NCBI GenBank assembly: GCA_977020255.1
Contig: CDROCS010000253.1
Span: 1,984,001-2,048,000 of the forward strand
From: Obrimoposthia wandeli
Lineage: Eukaryota
Direction: 5' to 3'
Length of the DNA: 64,000 bases
This document shows positions 21,001-28,917 of this stretch, piece by piece; positions within the stretch are counted from its first letter, which is position 1; every line of letters starts with the position of its first letter. Both the position numbers and the translations under genes were made by a program. A model generated the notes under the pieces. The model was not told the origin of the DNA. It did not search any database and was given only the letters and a program-made list of their open reading frames with translations.

Positions 21001-22645
21001 ACAATTAGCAATTAAAGCGAGACAACAAAATCCAGTTGTTGATAAAACGCACAAAGAAGCTGTTATTTTATGGGCATCAGATGCGGTGCGTGATGAAGGC
21101 GCTATGATTGCCTTCGGTATGGATATGCTCGGCGTAAAACCCGTGTGGAACCGCCGTGGTATCTTAAAATCGCTACAACTTATGCCACTTGATAAAACAC
21201 GTATTGAGCGTCGTGATATCGTTTTTACCACCTCAGGTTTATTCAGAGATTTATACGCCCAGCAATTAGCTTGGCTTGATCGCTCTGTATTACTGGCACT
21301 TGCGGCAAGCAAAAACATTATTGAGCGTGACCACCCCGCATTAATCAGTGCATTACGCGCTGCATTACAGCCTGTTGAACATATGCTTGAGCAGCAAAAA
21401 CATGACTTCAATGAAACCTTAACTAGCAATATGGTGGCGAGTAATTGGTTACGTGAAGCACAAGTTTTATTGCGTGAAAACGGGAATATAAGCCCTGAAT
21501 TACTGGGACGTCAGGCAAGCTATCGTATTTTTGGTACCGCACCCGGCGCTTATGGTGCTGGTATTAACCGTTTAGCTGAACGCTCAGGTGCTTGGCAAGA
21601 ACGCAAGCAATTAGGTGATGCGTATATTAAACGTATGAGCCATGCTTATGGCGTGCCGAGTGCTGGTGGTGAAATGGGCAGCAATGTTCAAGCAATATTT
21701 CGTCAACAATTAGCACATGTTAATAGTACCTATTTAGGTCGAGCCAGTAACCTTTATGGCTTAATCGATAATAACGATGCCTATGATTACCTTGGTGGTT
21801 TAAACCTAGCCATAGAAACGATTACAGGAGAGCAACCCGATAGCTTTGTTATTTCTCATGCAAACACTAAACAATTGTCAATTGACCCGCTGCAAACGGC
21901 CTTATTATCCGAGCTACGTGGACGTTTTCTTAATCGACAATGGATCCAACCATTAATGAAACAAGGCTACGCTGGTGCAAGAACCATGGGGAGCGAGTTT
22001 ATTGAAAATTTGTGGGGCTGGCAGGCCACTAGCCCAGAGATCATTCGCTCATGGGTGTGGCAAGATTTAAAAGCTATTTATATTGATGACAGCTTAGAGA
22101 TAGGTTTGGATGAATTTCTACAGCAAAAACATAATGTACACGTACAAAGTAATATATTAGCGGTAATGTTGGTTGCCATTGAAAAAGGCTTTTGGCAGGC
22201 AGATCAGCAAACTCAAACACAGCTTGCTGAACAATTTGCTAAGAACATTATTGAAAATGGTATTCCTGGTAGCGGCCATACCCATGCTAATCATCCTATC
22301 TATAATTTTATTAAACCACTGTTATCTGCACAATTAAATGCTCAACTGGCTGAAGTATTAGCAGCGGCGAATTATACACCTGTTGGTGAAGTTGGCTCTG
22401 GTGTGCAACATATTCAAGAAATAAGTACTGAAATTGAGCGACAAGATAATAACGCTTTGAAAGAAAGTGCGCAGGAAGATAAATCACAGGAAATAAACCC
22501 TCAAGATATTGACGAAAAAGAAAATTCTGATGAAATATCTGTTGAAAAAGACTACCTATTATTAGGGGTAATCTTGGTTATAGTACTTTTGATTTTAGCG
22601 GGATATCTTCGTTCTCGTCGTCAATTATCTAAATTGGAGCACTAA
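18038..22645 (+). CDS. CobN/Mg-chelatase H-family protein with N-terminal signal peptide and C-terminal TM anchor (BtuS/HmuS-like)
   Basis: VYYNHPPG, VQFGNVFLGPQPPRG, HQYLAFY, HLGRHSTYEFLP, DPIRTPDALPTGRNFY, FTTSGLFRD, GYAGAR motifs; hydrophobic leader ending ...TLNA/AE and C-terminal YLLLGVILVIVLLILAGYLRSRR. Confidence 0.92.
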   Translation: MRFFMTFFHLNKVSTNNFLRYGIRKIYCVIALCLLSFISSFTLNAAELKMLALVSDRSAASMVTGAHQFLATQADVDDLSTQISITIRSVNQLNQLTNNEIQQLINQHQALIIAGVFGESVERLLALNYPFQQPRLMLNTDRRLMVLHQDVQGGNVENLSKKQLQSLMVSLDKSNYLTALAKKQEQWPQFAYWLQARAYWQNRGKENLGQLFNWLGKITTAKSGVSNKKLLTQAATILPLQPIRFYWQQQLISIAELKDKIVQNQVIPEDKPLVFIIDHDTGDQPGQWQLHQQLCQRQWQCVSVLAGWGKPSEQAIEIIRSIESSQPMALIALQDFVIGGGEGREAVTQKFEALNIPVFKGIRVTELSALAYQLSPTGLPSDSVHYRVAMPELQGVSQPHVLALASSAKIDVATGARLSISQVLMPEVERLQARVNAWLALKTTDNAAKKVAIVYYNHPPGRHNIGADNLDVQQSLWQILQQLKAQGYDLGPEADFPKSAEALLDLLQLKAVNLPQDAGALNKMAPLINTMSVNEYQGYFDTLPSIVKAEMVEGPLGYLHARIKYYLFEQGQKELAQLPAIERRAVLAALLENVDSTSVDLHHALDGIRHKGRTRALDLLAQLTKEYQSLIALTRENNPVSTEQWQDAEALKIALIAMQIEGIRGWGKVPGKTMVWNNKILLPGVQFGNVFLGPQPPRGWELNEELLHANMTFPPPHQYLAFYYHLREVFKANAIVHLGRHSTYEFLPKRAVGLSASDYPSLIIENIPSIYPYIVDGVGEGIQAKRRGLAVMLDHLTPPLATTELYDGLLQLRQLIESAEAASNQDTKKKAIKALRHKIKVLNLTDELVASMDEELQVRGIGFGEVDDDFLLHEVGHYLTKLQEDFMPLGLHVYGKDWQQEAIEIMMTSIEKGELDLDDNQRNEIKKNLIKSPKSEMSAFLNALNGGFVAPGKGNDPIRTPDALPTGRNFYALDGSLIPSQLGFSTGQQLAIKARQQNPVVDKTHKEAVILWASDAVRDEGAMIAFGMDMLGVKPVWNRRGILKSLQLMPLDKTRIERRDIVFTTSGLFRDLYAQQLAWLDRSVLLALAASKNIIERDHPALISALRAALQPVEHMLEQQKHDFNETLTSNMVASNWLREAQVLLRENGNISPELLGRQASYRIFGTAPGAYGAGINRLAERSGAWQERKQLGDAYIKRMSHAYGVPSAGGEMGSNVQAIFRQQLAHVNSTYLGRASNLYGLIDNNDAYDYLGGLNLAIETITGEQPDSFVISHANTKQLSIDPLQTALLSELRGRFLNRQWIQPLMKQGYAGARTMGSEFIENLWGWQATSPEIIRSWVWQDLKAIYIDDSLEIGLDEFLQQKHNVHVQSNILAVMLVAIEKGFWQADQQTQTQLAEQFAKNIIENGIPGSGHTHANHPIYNFIKPLLSAQLNAQLAEVLAAANYTPVGEVGSGVQHIQEISTEIERQDNNALKESAQEDKSQEINPQDIDEKENSDEISVEKDYLLLGVILVIVLLILAGYLRSRRQLSKLEH

Positions 22646-22646
22646 T

Positions 22647-23153
22647 ATGTTGTATGGATTTTCGTTAGAGTTAATGCATTTAATAACCTCATGGCTATTG
22701 CAGCCCGTGGTTTGGGGACTCTTATTTTTTACGGCCTTATCACTTTATGAATTAGGCATAGCAGCAGGTGAGCGCTTTTCTGTTATCCCTGCGTTAGTTG
22801 CAGCAAAGCAAAGACGCCAACTGGTTGAACAAGGAAAAAAACGTATAGAGCGAGCTGATTTTATAACGCGTATTGCGCCGATGTTAGGTTTGATGGGAAC
22901 ATTAATCCCCTTAGGACCAGGATTATCTGCGTTAGGAACGGGAGACATTAGTATATTAACGACTGCGATGACGGTGGCTTTTGATACCACTATTATTGGT
23001 TTACTCGCTGGCGTTATTGGCTTTGTTTTAGGGCGTATGCGCAGGCGTTGGTACGATAATGCTATGCAGCGTTTAGATGATGAGGCAGTAGATATTCTGT
23101 CTGTTGCCGTGTCTAATCCATGTAATGAAAGCGTTTTAGCAAAAAGTGCTTAG
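22647..23153 (+). CDS. MotA/TolQ/ExbB proton-channel family protein (HmuU-like)
   Basis: APMLGLMGTLIPLGPGL and AFDTTIIGL motifs; 3 TM; 1 bp after the CobN-like stop. Confidence 0.88.
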   Translation: MLYGFSLELMHLITSWLLQPVVWGLLFFTALSLYELGIAAGERFSVIPALVAAKQRRQLVEQGKKRIERADFITRIAPMLGLMGTLIPLGPGLSALGTGDISILTTAMTVAFDTTIIGLLAGVIGFVLGRMRRRWYDNAMQRLDDEAVDILSVAVSNPCNESVLAKSA

Positions 23154-23173
23154 GCTTAAAAAGGGATGATGAA

Positions 23174-23542
23174 ATGAGTAATGCATGGCGCAGTAGCCAA
23201 TTTGACAGTCAAGAGCAAGAGCCTTTAGGGCCATTAGCAAACTTAATTGATATTATGCTGGTATTTGCTTGTGGCTTGATTGCCGCACTTGTTGCGCTAA
23301 GCCCCGAATTAGAACAACATTTTCAGGCTAATCAGCAAGAGCCTTTAGCAAATAAGGCGTTTTCAGTAAATAATGAGCCTTCAGCAAAAATTCAACCTGT
23401 TGACTCAATCGGAAAAGAGCTTACTTCGACGCCAGAAGCGTTGAAAAAAAAACTGCAAAGCCAAGAAGGTTATCAGTCAATGGGGCAAGTTTATCGCGAC
23501 CCTGAAACGGGTAAGTTAATTCTGATAAGTAATGAAAAGTAA
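23174..23542 (+). CDS. DUF2149 family single-TM protein (HmuV-like)
   Basis: PLGPLANLIDIMLVFACGLIAALV TM segment and C-terminal GQVYRDPETGK; typical partner of CobN-like/ExbB-like genes. Confidence 0.8.
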   Translation: MSNAWRSSQFDSQEQEPLGPLANLIDIMLVFACGLIAALVALSPELEQHFQANQQEPLANKAFSVNNEPSAKIQPVDSIGKELTSTPEALKKKLQSQEGYQSMGQVYRDPETGKLILISNEK

Positions 23543-23593
23543 TAAAACCGTAGTGTATTTTCAAACCGCTATGCATAAATAGAAAGTGAGAAA

Positions 23594-24238
23594 GTGATGA
23601 ATGATATTAATAAAGACGCTGAAATTGAAAAAAAGGAAGAGTTAGCTAAAAAACAAAAACATATTGAGCGACAAAAGAAGATCAAAGCGAATGTTGATCA
23701 ACGTGTTGCGCAAGCCACAGAAGAACGCGGTGTTTTCGTAGTTATAACGGGTAACGGTAAAGGAAAAAGTACCTCTGGTTTTGGTACAGTCTTGCGCGCT
23801 ATAGGCCATGGCCAAAAAGCAGGTGTGGTGCAATTTATTAAAGGTAGTAAGTGGGAATGTGGTGAAATGAATATCTTAAAGCAATTCGATGTTCAACATC
23901 ATGTTATGGGTACGGGCTTTACTTGGGAAACACAAAACACTGAAACTGATACCATTGCAGCAAAAGCGGCATGGCAAAAAAGTAAAGAAATGCTCAGTGA
24001 TGAAACCCTTGATATCGTTTTACTTGATGAAATGACCTACATGGTAAAATATGGCTACATTGAGCTAGATGATATTATTGAAGCGTTGAATAACCGACCT
24101 AAAATGCAACATGTTTTAATTACAGGTCGTGCTTGTCATCGTCGACTCATTGAACTGGCTGATACCGTTTCAGAAGTGCAACCCATAAAACATGCATTTA
24201 AAGCGGGCATAAAAGCGCAAAAAGGGCTTGATTGGTAG
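23594..24238 (+). CDS. cobO: Cob(I)yrinic acid a,c-diamide adenosyltransferase CobO/BtuR, copy 1
   Basis: TGNGKGKSTSGFG, VQFIKG, LLDEMTY, ITGR, KHAFKAGIKAQKGLDW. Confidence 0.95.
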   Translation: MMNDINKDAEIEKKEELAKKQKHIERQKKIKANVDQRVAQATEERGVFVVITGNGKGKSTSGFGTVLRAIGHGQKAGVVQFIKGSKWECGEMNILKQFDVQHHVMGTGFTWETQNTETDTIAAKAAWQKSKEMLSDETLDIVLLDEMTYMVKYGYIELDDIIEALNNRPKMQHVLITGRACHRRLIELADTVSEVQPIKHAFKAGIKAQKGLDW

Positions 24239-24317
24239 TAATTACCTATAAATACTTGGCATAACAATTACCAGTTTGTTATTGCCTACTTTTATGTTTA
24301 GATGAGCTTATACCCGT

Positions 24318-24387
24318 TACCAATCCGCATAACTAACCGCTCATTTTCATTATGAAAATGTAGCTCATTTAATTAAGCAAATCGGTA
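24318..24387. repeat. Short nested inverted-repeat element between cobO and the LysE gene
   Basis: Imperfect 19-bp terminal IRs (TACCAATCCGCATAACTAA / TTAATTAAGCAAATCGGTA, 14 of 19 matching by my count) around a perfect 9-1-9 palindrome CATTTTCAT-T-ATGAAAATG (24342-24360). Confidence 0.55.
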
Positions 24388-24422
24388 TTATTGTAATTTT
24401 TAATCAAACAGTAGAATAAGTT

Positions 24423-25037
24423 ATGTCTTTAGAATTGTGGTTATCGTTAGTTGTTATATGTGTGTTAGGGGCTTTATCACCTGGGCCTTCATTGGCATTA
24501 GTTGTGCGCAACACTATGTTGGGTGGTCATAAACCTGGTTTAGCCACCGCTATCAGTCATGGCTTTGGCGTTGGTTTGTATGCGGCTATTGCGGTAACAG
24601 GCATTGGCCTTGTCATTGTGCAGTCACCACTAGTTTTTCAAATTATTCAGTATACAGGTGCTGCCTTTTTACTTTATTTAGCGTTTAATGCGCTTAAAAG
24701 CAATGGCAGTAACATTGATCTTGATGTGGTACAAGGTCAAAAAAACAAGCGTATAAATGGCTGGCGTGACGGATTTTTATTGGCCTTTTTAAACCCTAAG
24801 CTAGCGATATTCTTTTTAGCTTTATTTAGTCAATTTGTTGATGTTAATGCCAGCATAAGCCACAAATTAATTATGATTTTTACGGTTGGCGGACTCGATA
24901 CTATATGGTATTGCCTCGTGGTATTTGGTTTGTCAAGAGGCCCTGTATTGGCCAAGCTGAAAGCTAATAGTCATATTATTGATAAAGTTACCGGCGTGGT
25001 TTTAATATTACTTGCGGTACGTGTTGTGATTAATTAG
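24423..25037 (+). CDS. LysE/RhtB family amino-acid exporter
   Basis: LSPGPS, GAAFLLYLA, FLNPKLAIFF motifs; about 6 TM. Confidence 0.92.
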   Translation: MSLELWLSLVVICVLGALSPGPSLALVVRNTMLGGHKPGLATAISHGFGVGLYAAIAVTGIGLVIVQSPLVFQIIQYTGAAFLLYLAFNALKSNGSNIDLDVVQGQKNKRINGWRDGFLLAFLNPKLAIFFLALFSQFVDVNASISHKLIMIFTVGGLDTIWYCLVVFGLSRGPVLAKLKANSHIIDKVTGVVLILLAVRVVIN

Positions 25038-25214
25038 CTAATCAGCGGAGTTTTACTCTCTTAACCAATAATTGATTACGTAACAGTGATTTAGGTGAAA
25101 ACCGAGATAGTATTAATGCTTGTTTTTGGAAGCTATAAATTTCATGCTGTTGACATGTACACAATAAAAAATGAAAAATTATCGAAAACTGGCATCTTGA
25201 AGATAATCTTACGC

Positions 25215-25370
25215 TGAAGCAGCAGTTCACACTGCCGTTTAATCGGTAATTGACTGGTTTTAACCAGCCATTCTTTCGCATTGCTCGGTCTAACGATCGA
25301 ACACTTTGATCAAAAAAACATTTTGCAAAGTCAATCGACCGATCTTGACGTGGAGCTTATCGACTTCTTA
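25215..25370 (-). mobile_element. IS3-family remnant spanning the orfA/orfB junction, overlapping the mesD stop
   Basis: Minus strand 25368-25290 reads EVDKLHVKIGRLTLQNVFLIKVFDR* (resembles IS3 OrfA end KLHAKIGQLTxENDFL), then LDRAMRK and TSQLPIKRQCELL (25249-25220; resembles OrfB start); T7 run near the junction. From memory, not searched. Confidence 0.68.
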
Positions 25371-26406
25371 GGAGCTCTCTACGGACGATATCTGCACCTG
25401 CACTTAAGGCATTTAACTTACCTCTTGCAACGCGATGAGATAAAGGTGCCATGCCACAGTTAGTAGAAGGGTAAAGCTTGTCGGCATCTACAAATTTCAG
25501 TGCTTTTCGTAGCGTATTGGCTACTTCCTCGGGTGTCTCAATGGTATTGCTTGCTACATCGATAGCGCCGACCATCACTTTTTTACCGCGAATGAGTTCA
25601 AGTAGATCCATTGGAACATGTGAGTTGTGACATTCTAGCGAGATAATATCAATAGTAGATTTTTGCAGCTTGGGAAAAGCTTCTTCATATTGTCTCCACT
25701 CTGACCCCAACGTTTTTTTCCAATCTGTATTGGCTTTGATGCCATAACCATAACAAATATGCACAGCAGTTTCGCATTTAAGCCCTTCAATTGCTCTTTC
25801 TAAACAAGCGATGCCCCAATCATTTACCTCATCAAAAAACACATTAAATGCAGGCTCATCAAATTGGATAATATCAACACCGGCCGCTTCGAGTTCTTTA
25901 GCTTCTTGATTGAGAATTTTGGCAAATTCCCAAGCGAGTTTTTCGCGACTTTTATAATGGTCATCATACAGCGTATCTATCATTGTCATGGGACCCGGTA
26001 GAGCCCATTTGATAGGTTGTTTGGTTTGCTGACGTAAAAACTTAGCGTCTTCAACAAAAACAGACTTTTGGCGACTAACAGCACCTACAACCGTCGGTAC
26101 ACTCGCATCATAGCGATCACGAATTTTAACTGTTTTACGTTTCTCAAAATCAACGCCGTTGAGGTGCTCAATAAACGTAGTAACAAAATGTTGGCGGGTT
26201 TGCTCGCCATCACTAACAATATCAATACTTGCTTGTTGTTGATCTAGTAATGACAAACGTAAAGCATCTTGTTTGCCCTCAGTTAATTCCTCACCTTGCA
26301 ATTTCCAAGGTGACCAAAGAGTCTCAGGCTCTGCAAGCCAAGCCGGTTTAGGTAAACTGCCTGCAGTTGAAGTCGGTAATAGTGCTTTAAGGATATTAGT
26401 TTTCAT
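25357..26406 (-). CDS. mesD: Core (C-terminal-domain-only) cobalamin-independent methionine synthase, MesD type
   Basis: PTSTAGSLPKP, DGEQTR, LPGPMT, QFDEPAF, Zn ligands HICYG, SLECH, TNCGM; 349 aa without the N-terminal MetE half; adjacent to DUF1852. Confidence 0.88.
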   Translation of the reverse strand: MKTNILKALLPTSTAGSLPKPAWLAEPETLWSPWKLQGEELTEGKQDALRLSLLDQQQASIDIVSDGEQTRQHFVTTFIEHLNGVDFEKRKTVKIRDRYDASVPTVVGAVSRQKSVFVEDAKFLRQQTKQPIKWALPGPMTMIDTLYDDHYKSREKLAWEFAKILNQEAKELEAAGVDIIQFDEPAFNVFFDEVNDWGIACLERAIEGLKCETAVHICYGYGIKANTDWKKTLGSEWRQYEEAFPKLQKSTIDIISLECHNSHVPMDLLELIRGKKVMVGAIDVASNTIETPEEVANTLRKALKFVDADKLYPSTNCGMAPLSHRVARGKLNALSAGADIVRRELLRSR

Positions 26407-26486
26407 AATAAATGATGCCGTATATTTTGATTAACTTTTGAACGTAATGATTGAAGGTAAGTTTTGAATCTAGCTATTTAACGAAA

Positions 26487-27464
26487 CTATTGCGCGTAGT
26501 TAGCAGACCATTGCTCAAGCACAGTTTGGTGCGGTTTAATGAAGTGTTCTTCAGTAAATTTACCCTGCTCATTAGCCAACTGGCTGCGCTCTTCTCGATC
26601 ATAAACAATTTGCGTTAATGAATGGTCTAGGTTCTTTAAGTTTGGTTGATAGGATTTTCCTGCAACAGCATTCGCGTTATAAATCTCTGGTCGATAGATC
26701 TTTTGAAAAGTTTCCATCGTGCTAATGGTGCTTATCAACTCAAGGCTACTGTAATCATTAAGTAAATCACCAAAGAAGTAGAAAGCCAAAGGCGCAACAC
26801 TGTTTGGTGGCATAAAGTAACGAACCTGCAAGCCCATTTTTTTGAAATATTGCTCAGTCAAAGACGATTCATTTGGCTGGTATTCAACACCTAATACCGG
26901 ATGTTGGTTTTCAGTTCTATGATAGGTTTTGGTATCCGAAACACTGAGACATATGACAGGTGTTTTAGTAAAGTTTTGTTTATAAACTTCTGAATTGACA
27001 AAATACTGAAAGAGTTTTCCATGCAGTTCGCCAAAGTTATTTGGAATGCTAAATTTAGGCTGATCCTTATTATGATCTAGCAGTAATACGCTAAAATCAT
27101 AATCGCGAACATAAGAGGAGAAATTATTGCCTACAATGCCTTCAATGCGCTTGTTTGTTTGATGATCGACAATATTGGTTTTCAATACTTCAATCGATGG
27201 GAAGGCTTGACCACTACCTTCAATATCCATATCAACAGAAATGATTTCAAGTTCGACAGAATAACGGTCTCCTTTAGGATTATCCCAATGCGCTAAGGCA
27301 TTAAAACTATTATCAATCATATTTAAAGCGTTGCGTAAGTTAGCTTGACGGTAGCTTCCTCTCGCTAAATTAGCAAAATTGGTAGTGATACGCGTCTTGT
27401 CTGACGGGTGGTAATTTTCATCGAGACAAATGCTCTTAATAGTGAAGGTAAAGTCTTTATTCAT
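26487..27464 (-). CDS. mesX: DUF1852 protein MesX (partner of MesD)
   Basis: DENYHPSDKTRITTNFANLARG, RIEGIVGNNFSSYVRDYDFS, FQKIYRPEIYNAN; directly upstream of mesD. Confidence 0.88.
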   Translation of the reverse strand: MNKDFTFTIKSICLDENYHPSDKTRITTNFANLARGSYRQANLRNALNMIDNSFNALAHWDNPKGDRYSVELEIISVDMDIEGSGQAFPSIEVLKTNIVDHQTNKRIEGIVGNNFSSYVRDYDFSVLLLDHNKDQPKFSIPNNFGELHGKLFQYFVNSEVYKQNFTKTPVICLSVSDTKTYHRTENQHPVLGVEYQPNESSLTEQYFKKMGLQVRYFMPPNSVAPLAFYFFGDLLNDYSSLELISTISTMETFQKIYRPEIYNANAVAGKSYQPNLKNLDHSLTQIVYDREERSQLANEQGKFTEEHFIKPHQTVLEQWSANYAQ

Positions 27465-27764
27465 TATGATCCGGTATCCTATTTTCTAATGTTCTTAATC
27501 AGTAATCTTCACAGTCTTATTTGATTTGTGCCTATAACCTAACTAAGAATCAATTGTAATATTGTCGAGAATTAATAGCTGAGTAGGATTTATACTTGGA
27601 TCGATGCATGTTGAAAAGCGCATTTATTTCACATCAGTTATGTAGAAAAATATCATGCTAATTGAATGTTTAGCATTTTTCGAGATTATATTAATTAGCT
27701 TGATGCGAACATAACAGTAGTTATGTAGTAAATAACCCCTAGATTATCTAAAGAAGTGGATTGA

Positions 27765-28579
27765 ATGAGTGAATTAATGTTGTTGATTATATACTGCGCG
27801 TTACTCGGCAGTGGCGTAGGATTTTTGGCAGGACTATTAGGCATTGGCGGAGGATTAGTTATTGTCCCTGTGCTGAGCAGTCTTTTACTATACTTTGACG
27901 TTTTACCACCTGAGCAGGTGGTTATCGTTGCCATTGCAACATCATTGGCGTCAATATTGTTCACATCAACCTCTTCAGCAATAGCACATCATAAAAATGG
28001 TAATGTGCCGTGGAACCTAGCCCCTTGGATAATGACGGGCGTTGCCCTTGGAGCGCTTATCAGTGGTTTTATAGCTGCACTATTACCAGATCAAGTTGTT
28101 CGCATAGTGTTTGCCGTGACTGTGGTACTCATTGCCTTTAAAGGTGTTTACAGCAGCAGCACCTGCTAAAGTGAGCGCTTCTACAGCACGTAAAATGCCG
28201 AGTAAAGGTTTTAACCGTTTACAAAATTACTGGCGGGCTGTCTGCCATGATAGGTATTGGCGGTGGCGCACTCTTAGTACCCTTGTTAACGTTTTTCTCA
28301 CTCGATATGAAAAAAGCCATAGGGTGTGCCTCTGCTTGCGGTATTGTTATCGCATTATTTGGTTCTATAGGTTATATCAGCTCAGGTAGTACTCATTTTG
28401 CTTTAGAAGATGGATTTGCTGGCTTCGTCTATTTGCCTGCTTTATTCGGTATTGTTTGCACTTCTTGGTTTACCGCGCCGTTAGGGGCCAAATCGACACA
28501 TTATTTACCCGTTTCAACGATAAAGAAAATCTTCGCAGCGTTATTGCTAGTTATGGCTGCAAATATGATTTTTAATTAA
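27765..28579 (+). pseudogene. TSUP/TauE-SafE family transporter broken by two frameshifts
   Basis: GFLAGLLGIGGGLVIVP in frame 1; KMPSK piece in a second frame (28132-); TGGLSAMIGIGGGALLVP in a third frame (28247-). Breakpoints near 28140-28150 and 28205-28225. Could be an assembly error. Confidence 0.8.
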
Positions 28580-28837
28580 AGGCAAGGTTATCAAGCTTCC
28601 ATAAATAGAAACATCACTGAGCTTAATTGTAAAGTCTCAGTGGTTTCGCATTATACGGTTAGTCTGGGTTAGATGCACTTGGGCCTACTAAGTGTCATAG
28701 AAATGAACTTAATACTGCTAGCTCACCTTGAGATGATGAGCGCAAGAGATATGGCTCCAATGCTTAGGATTATTATTTGGGAGAAATAGACTAATACTAA
28801 GATAGTCTTTTGAATAAACTTACTCCTTATATAAAAT

Positions 28838-28873
28838 AAAAGCCGCTAACAGTTGAATGTTAGCGACTCTTTT
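28838..28873 (-). terminator. Intrinsic terminator downstream of the U32 gene
   Basis: CGCTAACA-GTTGAA-TGTTAGCG stem with A/T runs on both sides. Confidence 0.6.
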
Positions 28874-28917
28874 ATTGTTTCATTTCTCTCAAACTCGATT
28901 GTTTGCCGCAGAGTTAA

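Noticed and set aside
18038-22645. Calling this gene canonical cobN and inferring de novo aerobic B12 synthesis
   Set aside because: It has export and anchor signals, and the window has no cobST or ring-synthesis genes.
25042-25463. ORFs 25042-25281 (-) and 25281-25463 (+) as real genes
   Set aside because: Better explained as off-frame reading of the IS3 relic and as antisense to mesD.
27465-27764. MetR site or B12 riboswitch controlling mesX
   Set aside because: Only a weak T-N11-A pattern in AT-rich DNA; no cobalamin riboswitch core.
28600-28830. Possible sRNA (several small hairpins between convergent genes)
   Set aside because: Stems are short, no family is recognisable and terminators explain part of it; cannot be supported without expression data.
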